Positions 7,803 through 17,168 of a DNA stretch of 64,000 nucleotides are shown here, piece after piece. The notes under the pieces are model-generated. The model was not told where the DNA came from and searched no databases. It saw nothing but the letters and a program-made list of their open reading frames with translations. Where the stretch lies: contig JAMXCX010000001.1 of assembly GCA_024542985.1 (NCBI GenBank), positions 3,137 through 67,136 on the forward strand, in the 5' to 3' direction. Positions within the stretch are counted from its first letter, which is position 1; every line of letters begins with the position of its first letter. The DNA comes from Candidatus Omnitrophota bacterium. Its GTDB lineage: Bacteria > Omnitrophota > Gorgyraeia > Duberdicusellales > 4484-171. The position numbers and the translations under genes were made by a program.

Positions 7803-9232
7803 TTTAAGTTAGGGAATCTTGCTGCTTTGACCTCATCAATTCTTTTTACTGAAACCGAGTGAGGTGCAGTTTTGACTTTGGCTAAATCCTGGTCTATCTC
7901 CTTATCTATATCTCTCATGGCTTTAATGAAATAATCCAAAGCCTGCTTGCTTTCAGTTTCTGTAGGTTCTATCATTAAAGCTTCAGCAACAATTAAGGGA
8001 AAATACATTGTCGGGGGATGGATACCAAAGTCAATTAACCTCTTGGCAATATCCAGGCTTGAAGCTCCCCGCTCTTTTTGCTTTTGACAGCTGAACACAA
8101 CTTCATGTAGACACCTTTTAGGGTAAGCTACCTCATATTGATTCTTTAACTTTTCCTTTATATAATTAGCATTTAAAGTCGACACCTGGGCTACCCTTAA
8201 CAAGCCTTGTTCTCCTAAGCGCAAGATATAGGCATAAGCTCTTACCAAGACAAGAAAATTGCCGTAAAATCCTTTTAAGCGGCCGATAGAATTTTTCACC
8301 TGGTAATTCAGGTAAAATTTGTCTCCCCTTTTATCTATCAAGGGAAAGGGCAAAAAATCCTCTAAGGTATCTCCTGCTCCTACTGCGCCGGCACCCGGGC
8401 CGCCGCAGCCGTGAGGTGTAGAAAAAGTCTTATGCAGATTTAAGTGGATAACATCAAACCCCATCAAAGAAGGATTAGTAACGCCTAGCAGAGGGTTGAA
8501 ATTAGCTCCGTCATAATAAAGCAAACCACCTTTTTTATGAACAATATCTCTTATCTCTAGAATATTCTCCTCAAATAACCCTAAAGTATTGGGGTTGGTA
8601 AGCATTATTGCTGCTACTTTATCGTCGACAATCTCTTTCAATCTGTTAATATTTACCAAACCGTCCTTAGTGCTTTCAACTGTCAATACTTGATAACCGC
8701 ACATACTGGCTGTAGCCGGATTAGTTCCGTGAGCGGAATCCGGAATAATAACTTTAGTTTTTTGATTGTTGTTTATCCGGTGAAATTTGCGAATCATCAG
8801 GAGCCCGGCTAACTCACCTTGGGCCCCGCTTGAAGGCTGAAAAGTAAACCTCTTCATCCCGGTAATTACACTTAAGGCTTGGGATAAATTATAAATAAGC
8901 TCTAAAGCACCTTGAATACAATCTGCGTTCTGGTAAGGATGGATATCAGTAAATCCGGCTAGAGAAGCTAAATACTCGTTAAGTTTAGGATTATATTTCA
9001 TAGTGCAGGAGCCTAAGGGGTAAAAATTGCTATCAACAGAAAAATTTGAACTGCTTAAACTAGTATAATGCCGAATTACTTCCAACTCCCCCAGGTTAGG
9101 TAAAGGTAGGTTCTCTCTTAGACAACTTTTAGGAATAACTTTATCCAGCTCAGCTAAAGGAGTATCCGGCTGGTTTATGTAATTAGTATTTTTTGAATTG
9201 CTGTTTTTGTCAAATATTTGTAGTTTCTCCAT
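7781..9232 (-). CDS. gcvPB: Glycine dehydrogenase (decarboxylating) subunit 2
   Basis: YPLGSCTMKYNPK, SAHGTNPA, HLNLHKTFSTPHG (PLP Lys). Start moved to MEKLQIF at 9232. Confidence 0.95.
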   Translation of the reverse strand: MEKLQIFDKNSNSKNTNYINQPDTPLAELDKVIPKSCLRENLPLPNLGELEVIRHYTSLSSSNFSVDSNFYPLGSCTMKYNPKLNEYLASLAGFTDIHPYQNADCIQGALELIYNLSQALSVITGMKRFTFQPSSGAQGELAGLLMIRKFHRINNNQKTKVIIPDSAHGTNPATASMCGYQVLTVESTKDGLVNINRLKEIVDDKVAAIMLTNPNTLGLFEENILEIRDIVHKKGGLLYYDGANFNPLLGVTNPSLMGFDVIHLNLHKTFSTPHGCGGPGAGAVGAGDTLEDFLPFPLIDKRGDKFYLNYQVKNSIGRLKGFYGNFLVLVRAYAYILRLGEQGLLRVAQVSTLNANYIKEKLKNQYEVAYPKRCLHEVVFSCQKQKERGASSLDIAKRLIDFGIHPPTMYFPLIVAEALMIEPTETESKQALDYFIKAMRDIDKEIDQDLAKVKTAPHSVSVKRIDEVKAARFPNLKWEKSGD

Positions 9233-10571
9233 GCAACACCTCAGCCAAAGTTTCAATAAAATTGTCAATATCTGCTTTAGTCTTCTTTTCAGTGCAACAG
9301 CTTAAAATAGCATTTTTATGTTTAGGAAATATCCTACCTACAAAATAGCCGGCAATAATATTCTTTTCATAAAGTTTCGCTATAACTGCGGCCGCATCCT
9401 GCACTTCCCAGATAAATTCATTAAATATTTGCTTAGAGTAAGGAATCTTTATACCCCTAATTTCTTTTAGGCGCTGGTAAAGATACTGTGTATTCTGAAA
9501 AGAGCTCAAAGCCACATTTTTCATTCCCTGTTGGCCCATCAACGAAAGATACACAGCTGCCCCGATTGCGTTTAAGGAGTGGTTGGAACAAATATTACTG
9601 GTAGCTTTTTCTCTTCTTATGTGCTGCTCCCGGGTTTGTAAAGTAAGGCAATAAGCCGGTTTAGTTTCTTTATCGGTAGTTTTTCCCACAATTCTTCCCG
9701 GAATTTGTCTTGTGTACTTCTTCCTAGCTGCCAAAAACCCCAATGACGGCCCGCCAAAACTTAAACTCCCCCCCAAAGGCTGGCCATCTCCGCAAACAAT
9801 ATCTACTCCTAATTCAGCCGGTTCTTTGAGAATAGCTAATGACATAGGGTTAGTCACCATAATCGTTATGGCGCCGTAACTAGCTACCGTATTAGATACC
9901 CGCTCTACATTTTCAACCAGTCCGAAAAAATTAGGGCTCTGCAAACAGCAACAAACAACATCATCATCTAAGTATCTCTCTAGAACATCTTTTTCTAAAA
10001 TGCCCTTATCCGCAACTTTTACCTGCTGGATAGTAAAATCAAAACCGCTTAAATAAGTATTTAAAGTCTCTTTGTATTCGGGATGCAAATATTCAGCGAC
10101 AAGAACCTTTTTTCTTTTAGTCATTCTTAAGGCCATAAGTACTGCTTCGGCTAAACTGGATGCACCGTCAAACATAGAGGCGTTAGAAACATCCATGCCT
10201 GTTAAAAGACAGATGTAACTTTGATACTCATAGATGGCCTGTAATATTCCTTGCGAACATTCAGCCTGATAGGGAGTGTAGGCAGTAAGAAACTGCGGCT
10301 GAGAGAGCATGTAGGGCAAAGCCGCCGGTATATAATGGTCGTAACAGCCTGCGCCTAAGAAAGAATTATATTTATCAAGAGTAATGTTTTTAGCTGCCAG
10401 TTCCTCTATTCTTTTCTTGACATCAAATTCGCTGCCACCCCTTGCTAAATCTAAAGGTTTTTTTAATCTTAACGAGGAAGGAATTTGAGCATATAACTCC
10501 TCCAGAGAACTCAAACCTACAACTTTAAGCATTTCTTCGATATCTTGGAGAGTATGGGGAATATAAGGCAT
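9210..10571 (-). CDS. gcvPA: Glycine dehydrogenase subunit 1
   Basis: MPYIPHT, FLGAGCY, TAYTPYQAE, TREQHIRREKATSNICSN. Confidence 0.95.
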   Translation of the reverse strand: MPYIPHTLQDIEEMLKVVGLSSLEELYAQIPSSLRLKKPLDLARGGSEFDVKKRIEELAAKNITLDKYNSFLGAGCYDHYIPAALPYMLSQPQFLTAYTPYQAECSQGILQAIYEYQSYICLLTGMDVSNASMFDGASSLAEAVLMALRMTKRKKVLVAEYLHPEYKETLNTYLSGFDFTIQQVKVADKGILEKDVLERYLDDDVVCCCLQSPNFFGLVENVERVSNTVASYGAITIMVTNPMSLAILKEPAELGVDIVCGDGQPLGGSLSFGGPSLGFLAARKKYTRQIPGRIVGKTTDKETKPAYCLTLQTREQHIRREKATSNICSNHSLNAIGAAVYLSLMGQQGMKNVALSSFQNTQYLYQRLKEIRGIKIPYSKQIFNEFIWEVQDAAAVIAKLYEKNIIAGYFVGRIFPKHKNAILSCCTEKKTKADIDNFIETLAEVLHGETTNI

Positions 10572-10606
10572 AATATACTGCTTAAAAGTTTATAATCTGT
10601 AAAGCC

Positions 10607-10981
10607 TCAATGGCTTTCCTTGGCTATCAGTTCCCGGTAAGTACTCTCATCCATAAGGCTATTGAGCTCTGAATGATTTGTAATTTTAAGTTTAACCAGC
10701 CAGCCTTTATCATAAGGCGACTCATTTATCCACTGAGGATTATCAACCAAATCGCTGTTGACCTCAACTATTTCTCCGCTCAAAGGCACATATAATTCGC
10801 TAGCTGTTTTTGTAGATTCAATAGTGCCTAGCTGTTCAGATTTCTGCAACTTTGCTCCTGGCTGCGGTAATTCAATAAAAACTATATCTCCCAGCTGCTT
10901 CTGGGCGTAATCGGTTATGCCTATCGTCGCTATAGCCGCATCTTCTTTGACCCACTCGTGGGATTTAGAGAATTTTAGCAT
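10607..10981 (-). CDS. gcvH: Glycine cleavage system H protein
   Basis: SHEWV, GITDYAQ..LGDIV, IESTKTAS (lipoyl Lys), NESPYDKGW. Confidence 0.95.
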   Translation of the reverse strand: MLKFSKSHEWVKEDAAIATIGITDYAQKQLGDIVFIELPQPGAKLQKSEQLGTIESTKTASELYVPLSGEIVEVNSDLVDNPQWINESPYDKGWLVKLKITNHSELNSLMDESTYRELIAKESH

Positions 10982-10985
10982 TTTA

Positions 10986-12089
10986 TCACACCTCTTTTTT
11001 TGACTTTGTGTTTATTTTAACAAAAGGATATTTAGCTATCTTTGCCTTATAAAACTTTTTTCTTATCTGAATTTCAATTGTTTTCCCGGTGGCTGCGTAT
11101 TCGGATAATACGTAGGCCATACCGATAAATTTATTCAAGTTCGGAGAAAATGTTCCGCTGCAAACTTCTCCTATTTTATTTCTTCCCAGATACAACCCAT
11201 AACCCTGACGGGCAAGAGCCTTCTCATCCATTATAAAACCGACTCTTATTTTCTTTAAGCCTTTATTTTTTATTCCTACAATTTCCTCCTTAGCAATAAA
11301 GTCTTTATTTGATTTTACTGCCCAACCTAAAGAAGCTTCATAGGGATTAGTCTCCTCATTAATCTCATGCCCATATAAAGGGTATCCGGCTTCTATTCTT
11401 AAAATGTCTCTTGAGCCTAGACCGCAGGAAATAAGGCCAAAGCCTTCCCCTTCCTGGATAAGCCTATCCCAAAAATACGGGGCATCTTTTGACTCAATAT
11501 ATATTTCAAACCCATCTTCACCGGTATAGCCGCTGCGGGATATAAGAACCTGCCGATGGTCAATTTCTTTTTTAGTAAAAAACATATAATCTAAGCTGGC
11601 AATCTTTTCGCCAAAAACCCTGGCTATTACTCTAGATGAGCTCGGCCCTTGAATAGAAATAAGGGCTGTTTCTTCACTTTTATCGATGAGCTCAACGCCC
11701 TGTTCCTTATTGTCTCTTAGCCAAGAAACCACTTTATCTTTATTGGAAGAATTTACAACACATAATAAGCTCTCATCGCAATAATAACACATAAAATCAT
11801 CAATAATACCCCCGGAGGTATTCAAAAAAAGATTATACTGCATCTGGCCCGGAGCTATCAAGGAAATATCGTTAGGAGTGAGTTTTTGCAGGAATTTGAA
11901 AGCTCCCTTCCCTTTTATTTCTATTTCACCCATGTGAGAGGCATCAAACAAACCGCAATTTAGGCGCACCTGTTTTGCCTCTTTGAGCATACTGCCATAA
12001 TCTAGAGGCAAGGCCCATCCTGCAAAATCAATTATCCGGCCTTTATTTTGAAGGTGTTTTTGGTAAAGCGGAGTTTTTCTTGATTCCAT
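10986..12089 (-). CDS. gcvT: Aminomethyltransferase (glycine cleavage T protein)
   Basis: KTPLY, FDASHMG, SRSGYTGEDGFE, LRIEAGYPLYG. ATG 12089 (MESRKTPL, SD AGGA) preferred over TTG 12107. Confidence 0.95.
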   Translation of the reverse strand: MESRKTPLYQKHLQNKGRIIDFAGWALPLDYGSMLKEAKQVRLNCGLFDASHMGEIEIKGKGAFKFLQKLTPNDISLIAPGQMQYNLFLNTSGGIIDDFMCYYCDESLLCVVNSSNKDKVVSWLRDNKEQGVELIDKSEETALISIQGPSSSRVIARVFGEKIASLDYMFFTKKEIDHRQVLISRSGYTGEDGFEIYIESKDAPYFWDRLIQEGEGFGLISCGLGSRDILRIEAGYPLYGHEINEETNPYEASLGWAVKSNKDFIAKEEIVGIKNKGLKKIRVGFIMDEKALARQGYGLYLGRNKIGEVCSGTFSPNLNKFIGMAYVLSEYAATGKTIEIQIRKKFYKAKIAKYPFVKINTKSKKEV

Positions 12090-12142
12090 ATTCCTATTTT
12101 TAGTCAAATCATAATCTCAACTCCTGCAAAAATTTAGGATAT

Positions 12143-12171
12143 ATTTTACCATACAATATTATAAATGTAAG
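12143..12171 (-). promoter_or_regulatory. Predicted sigma70 promoter of the gcv operon
   Basis: CTTACA-17 nt-TAAAAT with a TG extended -10. Confidence 0.5.
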
Positions 12172-12294
12172 AATAAATTTCCTAAAATGCCGGGCCACGC
12201 TAAAGCGTAACTAATACTCCTACCCGCCCAGCGCCTTCTCGAGCTTTCTGATATCGGGGTAAACCCTATTAAGGTATAAATTAATTATATTATA

Positions 12295-12960
12295 TTATCC
12301 TATATTTAAAATGAAAGAAAGGGTTCTAGAAGGAGTCTTTGTTCGACGGTAAGAGAAAAAAGGCTGCCTTGAACAAAAACTGCAAATATTTACATCAAAA
12401 ATGTTCTTTTGTCTTATCCCCTTTTTAATCAAAGCGGTTTTAGCAAAACCAACCGCATCAAAATAGATCTTAGCGTCCCGCAGCTTTAAAAAAGGCTTAA
12501 AAGCCTTATGCTCTAAAAATTCTCTCCCTACCTCAAAACAGCATTGACGCAAACCTACACCCAGAACGATTTTGAATGAACCCAGCTGGTAAGGAATTTT
12601 ACCCAATATACCTTTTTGGGCTGAACGCCAGCCCAGATGTAAAATACCTATTATACCTTTATCAGCTTGAGAGAAAAAAATTGGCAAACAATCTGCAGTT
12701 TTAACTACTAAAACATTATTTTTGGTCTTTGTAAAAAGGGCATCTCCGCTATATACCCCCGGTCTATCTAGGCAATGGATTTTTGCCGAATGCAGTTGGC
12801 TCATGTAGCTAACCGCCGGCTTAAACTTCAAAAAGGAAAGGACGTTGTGGACGTCTTGAGGAAGGATACCTTCTAAATTCGACTTACTAAACCCGCAGAC
12901 TACAGAAGAAAAAAATAAATCTTCTATCAGAAAATAACTTTTTTGTTCAACCAGTCTCAC
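12295..12960 (-). CDS. pgeF: YfiH/PgeF (laccase-domain, purine nucleoside phosphorylase-like) family protein
   Basis: QLHS, GDALFT, TADCLP, LHLGWR and FFSYRR motifs. Confidence 0.85.
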   Translation of the reverse strand: MRLVEQKSYFLIEDLFFSSVVCGFSKSNLEGILPQDVHNVLSFLKFKPAVSYMSQLHSAKIHCLDRPGVYSGDALFTKTKNNVLVVKTADCLPIFFSQADKGIIGILHLGWRSAQKGILGKIPYQLGSFKIVLGVGLRQCCFEVGREFLEHKAFKPFLKLRDAKIYFDAVGFAKTALIKKGIRQKNIFDVNICSFCSRQPFFSYRRTKTPSRTLSFILNIG

Positions 12961-13180
12961 TTATCCGGACTATCTTATCTCTCTGTTTTGCACCCTTAAT
13001 AATAGTTATATTGCCTTTTTTCGTATTATAATACCTAGCTAAAATCTCAATTAACTTCCTGTTGGCTCTGCCGTCAATCGCCGGCTCACTAAAGTATACT
13101 TTCAAACCATCTTCAAAGGATTCGACTTTTTCTTTTTTAGCCCGAGGCACTGCTCTCACTCTTACTGTCATCATTTTCAA
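12947..13180 (-). CDS. DUF167 (YggU/UPF0235) family protein
   Basis: VRAVPRAK, PAIDGRAN, I.IIKG...RDK. Confidence 0.85.
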   Translation of the reverse strand: MKMMTVRVRAVPRAKKEKVESFEDGLKVYFSEPAIDGRANRKLIEILARYYNTKKGNITIIKGAKQRDKIVRISETG

Positions 13181-14075
13181 TAGAGCTTAGCTTAAAAGCT
13201 ATTTTTTCTGCTCTCTTTGTTACTTCTTCATATTTGGAGTAAGCGCTTCTTATGTGCGAACCTAAAATATTATGCTCCCGTATAAACACCAACATATCTT
13301 TCTCGAGCCTTTTCAAATTATCATAAATCTGCTTTGCTCTTTTTCCTATCTTTAAAGCCTGGAATCCCACAAAAATTGTCCGTAAATATGCGTATAAGGT
13401 ATTCGGCCCGACAATAAACACTTTTTTCTGATGAGCAAACTCCAGCAGCACAGTCTCGGTGATTATAAAATAATAAACCGCCTCTGAAGGCACATACATA
13501 AGAGAAAAGTCAACTGTCCCTTCGTCAGGATAAATATAACTAGAAGTTTCTGTGATGCGTTTTTTTATGCTGTCAATAAAAATACGGCGCTTGGCATCTT
13601 TTTGGTCTTGGGAAGCGTCAAGGTAATTCTTAAAAACCTCGTTTGAAAATTTAGCATCCACGGGCACAAGGCCTGAAGGAAGCTTAATCACAAAATCTAT
13701 CCTTTTACCGTCTTTGAACGTGTATTGAGAAATTATTGCCTCTTTAGGTAAAATATCTCTCAGCAAGTTTTCTAGAATACTTTCTCCTACTATCCCTCTT
13801 GCTTTGGTCGGCTTTAAAATATCATGAAATGATTTAGTCAGTTCTAGAATTTGGCGGCTTTCTTTATCCAGGCCGCCAATTTTCTCATAGAGTTTAGCCA
13901 GGCTATCGGAAACGCCTTGTGAAGAATCAAAAATTCTTTTGGTGAACTCCTGCTGCAGAGAATCCAGCTTATTATGAAGAATGATATCGTCTTTGCCTCT
14001 ATTAGACCTGAAAATAAGAATGTTGAGGATAATCAAAATAATCGCTAAGATTGCAAAAAGAAGATATGTTGTCAT
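13137..14075 (-). CDS. rmuC: RmuC family protein
   Basis: N-terminal TM helix and coiled coil; RGIVGE..LE, VPVDAKF, TVDFSLMYVPSE. Confidence 0.9.
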   Translation of the reverse strand: MTTYLLFAILAIILIILNILIFRSNRGKDDIILHNKLDSLQQEFTKRIFDSSQGVSDSLAKLYEKIGGLDKESRQILELTKSFHDILKPTKARGIVGESILENLLRDILPKEAIISQYTFKDGKRIDFVIKLPSGLVPVDAKFSNEVFKNYLDASQDQKDAKRRIFIDSIKKRITETSSYIYPDEGTVDFSLMYVPSEAVYYFIITETVLLEFAHQKKVFIVGPNTLYAYLRTIFVGFQALKIGKRAKQIYDNLKRLEKDMLVFIREHNILGSHIRSAYSKYEEVTKRAEKIAFKLSSIENDDSKSESSASG

Positions 14076-14095
14076 GAAAGTAAAATTACTTTTTT

Positions 14096-14668
14096 TTAAA
14101 GATAAGTTTTTGTCTTCTTGTAAATATCTTGAGGTTCGGGCATTCTGCCTTCACCATAAATGCCGCAGGCAAGTTCGCCTTTTTGAGGTTTGAGAATAAT
14201 ATACTTTGGGGATATATTTGCGCCTATGGCGGATAATTTCTTCACATTTTCCTGAATAATAGGATTCTTCCACATGTTTTCGTTCATGGCCGGGGCAAGG
14301 ATAACCTTGGTATCCTTAGGTAAAGCACAAACCACAGTGGTAAGAAGGTTATCACATAGGCCTTGGGCTAATTTAGAGAGAGTATTAGCGGAAAGAGGCG
14401 CAATCAGGCAAAAATCAGCCCACTGAGAAAGTGCAATGTGCTGAGTATTCTCCTCTTCCAAAATCTGGAACATATCAATATAAACGGGGTTCTTCGAAAG
14501 ATTCTGGAATACAAGGGGAGTGACAAACTTCGCAGCTGCCTCAGTCATCATTACCTTAACTGAAAAACCGCCTTTAATAAAAAGACGCACCAACTCACAG
14601 GTTTTGTAAGACGCAATGCCTCCGCATATGCCAATTAAAACATTCTTACTCGCTCTTTTTTTGCCCAT
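14096..14668 (-). CDS. coaC: Phosphopantothenoylcysteine decarboxylase (stand-alone CoaC)
   Basis: GICGGIASYK, HIAL..WAD, SANTLSKLA.G..DNLL, PAMNENMW, GELACG...GRM. Confidence 0.9.
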   Translation of the reverse strand: MGKKRASKNVLIGICGGIASYKTCELVRLFIKGGFSVKVMMTEAAAKFVTPLVFQNLSKNPVYIDMFQILEEENTQHIALSQWADFCLIAPLSANTLSKLAQGLCDNLLTTVVCALPKDTKVILAPAMNENMWKNPIIQENVKKLSAIGANISPKYIILKPQKGELACGIYGEGRMPEPQDIYKKTKTYL

Positions 14669-14681
14669 GATAAGCCTTATT

Positions 14682-15341
14682 CTAATCTAAGAGGCCGTAA
14701 TTGTAAACTTTAATTTTATTATTTTGAGAAAGGTTAACTATTTTGTGGATAGTAGTAAAAAGGGCCTGTTTGGACCTAATGAGTTTTACCTTTTTGTCTT
14801 TATCAATTAAAAAAGCTCGGTAGGCTTTGCTTAAATCATCTAAAGCATTGGCCACCACATAATCAGATTTATTACTTTTAAGACTAGCATAGGCTGCTTC
14901 AATTAACCCTTCACGTTTAGTTTCAAGCTTAAATTGAATAAGTAAAGATTTTTTTGCCAAAGACCTTATAGATTTTATTATCTTCGGGACAGGGACCAAT
15001 TTTAAAGTAATTTGTTTTTTCCCGGAAGCAATCTTTCCGCTTTTAGAATTCTTAAGTTTATAGTCGCTTACAGCGGCAGTATGGATTATTACATCAAAAT
15101 ATTCCTGCTTTAGAAGTTTATTAATTGCCTTCTTGAATTCATCAAAATATTGATAAGTGATAACCTGCCTATCTCTTATCTCATCCAGGCAGTGAGAATT
15201 CACTAAAAGTTTAACTTTATGCCCATTTTTTTTAAACTCTTTGGCTAAATAAAGTCCGGTCTTACCGGTAAAACGGTTAGTAAGAATTCTCACAGCATCG
15301 ATTTTTACCCAAGTCGCTCCGGCAGTAATTAAAATTTTCAT
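14682..15341 (-). CDS. coaB: Phosphopantothenate-cysteine ligase (stand-alone CoaB)
   Basis: ILITAGAT...ID.VR..TN..TG.TG, AAVSDY, FKLET, YVVAN. Confidence 0.9.
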   Translation of the reverse strand: MKILITAGATWVKIDAVRILTNRFTGKTGLYLAKEFKKNGHKVKLLVNSHCLDEIRDRQVITYQYFDEFKKAINKLLKQEYFDVIIHTAAVSDYKLKNSKSGKIASGKKQITLKLVPVPKIIKSIRSLAKKSLLIQFKLETKREGLIEAAYASLKSNKSDYVVANALDDLSKAYRAFLIDKDKKVKLIRSKQALFTTIHKIVNLSQNNKIKVYNYGLLD

Positions 15342-15342
15342 T

Positions 15343-16137
15343 TTAGATTTTTTTAATAATAAGTTTTGTTTTTTTGCCCGGCGATATTTTAAAATAGTTT
15401 TTAGCGCTTTCTCCCTTTAGTGAAACTTCTAAATAGCCAAAACTGCCCTCAATGAAAAATGGTTCATTTGGCCTATTTTTGACGTAAGATCCGCTTAGGG
15501 TTTTAATTTTCTTCCCGGCTAAAGTAGCCCTAAATTTTTTACCCTTTAGAAACTTTTGCAGAAAACTTTTTTCTATGTTAGTAACCAGATTGCCGAATTT
15601 ATCTATATAAATAACTTCTCCCTCCAGAAACCTTCTCTTTTCTTTAGGCAAAACAAAATCAAGCTTTTTTATTCTTTCAATGGCCTTACCTAAATGAGAA
15701 AAATAAACGCCTCCGCAAAGATGAGCGGCTACCGGAGCAAAGATATCCCGGCCCTGGAACGTAGATGATATATTTTTTAAGAAAAAACGTTTGTCATTTA
15801 ATTCTATCATTTTCTTAATTCCGTCAGCTTCGGCAGCCGGCCATAAAACGCCGTTGTCGGGGCCGAGGAAATAATAGTTCTTTGTTTTTATGGCAATCGC
15901 TGCTCGCGATGAGCCAACCCCGGGGTCAACTACCACCAAAAAGACCATACCCTTGGGAAAGTAAGAAAAACTTGTCCGCAAAACAAAAGCTGCCTCGTTT
16001 ATCTTATGCGATTTTATCCTATGAGTGATATCTATCAATTTTACTCTCGGATTAATTGTTAAGATAACTCCTTTAACTACTCCGACATAATTATCATTTA
16101 GGCCGAAATCAGTAAGTAAAGCAACTGTATTCTTCAT
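15343..16137 (-). CDS. SAM hydroxide adenosyltransferase/halogenase family protein (DUF62)
   Basis: LLTDFG, VVDPGVGSSR, GPDNG, TFQGRDIF, YIDKFGN. Confidence 0.9.
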   Translation of the reverse strand: MKNTVALLTDFGLNDNYVGVVKGVILTINPRVKLIDITHRIKSHKINEAAFVLRTSFSYFPKGMVFLVVVDPGVGSSRAAIAIKTKNYYFLGPDNGVLWPAAEADGIKKMIELNDKRFFLKNISSTFQGRDIFAPVAAHLCGGVYFSHLGKAIERIKKLDFVLPKEKRRFLEGEVIYIDKFGNLVTNIEKSFLQKFLKGKKFRATLAGKKIKTLSGSYVKNRPNEPFFIEGSFGYLEVSLKGESAKNYFKISPGKKTKLIIKKI

Positions 16138-17168
16138 CCTAATAGCCCGCCTGTTTCCTTTACATAAATCTCTGTATTTTTAATAATTTTATTCATCATA
16201 TCAACAACCTTAGCCGGATGTCTTCCTATGGCAGTTTCTGCGGATAAAAGTAGATGCGTTGCTCCGTCTAAAATCGCATTAGCCACATCACTGACTTCGG
16301 CCCTGGTAGGTGAAGGGCGCTCAATCATACTATCAAGCATCTGGGTAGCCACAACAACCGGTTTTTGTTTTATACGGCACATTTTAACAATTTCTTTTTG
16401 AATTACCGGAACCTTATAAATAGGTACACAAATCCCTAAGTCACCCCGGGCAACAATGATGCCATCACAAGAATCAATAATCTCCTCAAGATTTTTAAGA
16501 GCATCTCTGCTTTCAATTTTAGCGATTATCTTACATCCGGGATGTCTGGGTTTAATTAATTCTTTAAGCAGCCGTAAATCCTCGGCGCTGTTAACAAAAG
16601 ACTGGGCGATATAATCTAATTTTTCACCTATGCCAATATTTAAATCTTTTTTATCCTTTTCAGTCAAAGCCTCAAATTCTAACTTTGCTTGGGGTATATT
16701 TATGCCTTTGTGGCTTTGTAATAAACCCGGGGTAATAATCTTTAGTTTTATATGCTTTTTGCCAACTGATTTTACCTCTAAGACTATCCTCCCGTCATCA
16801 ACGTAAATCAAAAATCCCGGTTTTATTCTTTTTAGTGAGCCGAGATAATCAAAAGAGACTTCCCGCTCGCTGCCGACTATATCCTGCTGGGTAAAATAAA
16901 TATAACGGCTTTTTTTTAACTGCAAGGGTTCATTTAACCTGCCGACCCTTATGCGATACCCTTCTAAATCCTGCATTATCTTTATCGAGCGCCTCATCTT
17001 CGCATTAAGAGCCCGAATAAGTGAGATTTTTTCTAAATGTTCTTTAGAGGTGCCGTGAGAAAAATTAAGACGGACACAATCGAGCCCGCTAGTTATCATT
17101 TTGCGCAGGATAGCCTCATTGCTGCTTGAAGGGCCTAAGGTAGCGATAATTTTTGTTACGGGTATCAT
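16134..17168 (-). CDS. pyk: Pyruvate kinase, short form lacking the C-terminal alpha/beta domain
   Basis: TKIIATLGP, RLNFSHG, AKIE, VARGDLG, ATQMLDSM, PTRAEVSDVANA; ends shortly after the barrel (344 aa). Confidence 0.9.
   Translation of the reverse strand: MIPVTKIIATLGPSSSNEAILRKMITSGLDCVRLNFSHGTSKEHLEKISLIRALNAKMRRSIKIMQDLEGYRIRVGRLNEPLQLKKSRYIYFTQQDIVGSEREVSFDYLGSLKRIKPGFLIYVDDGRIVLEVKSVGKKHIKLKIITPGLLQSHKGINIPQAKLEFEALTEKDKKDLNIGIGEKLDYIAQSFVNSAEDLRLLKELIKPRHPGCKIIAKIESRDALKNLEEIIDSCDGIIVARGDLGICVPIYKVPVIQKEIVKMCRIKQKPVVVATQMLDSMIERPSPTRAEVSDVANAILDGATHLLLSAETAIGRHPAKVVDMMNKIIKNTEIYVKETGGLLG

Noticed and set aside
12108-12294. Glycine riboswitch upstream of gcvT
   Set aside because: The conserved aptamer motifs (GGAGA...CCGAAG...CTCTCAGG) are absent; the GC-rich part lies upstream of the predicted promoter and resembles a decayed repeat.
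14219-14233. Mini-palindrome CGCC-TAT-GGCG within coaC as an in-frame repeat insertion (SAIGA)
   Set aside because: The stem is only 4 bp and occurs once; it cannot be separated from chance without a homolog alignment.
15343-16137. Calling the DUF62 protein a fluorinase or chlorinase
   Set aside because: It keeps the hydrolase-type DPGVG..R and GRD motifs, and no halometabolite genes are nearby.
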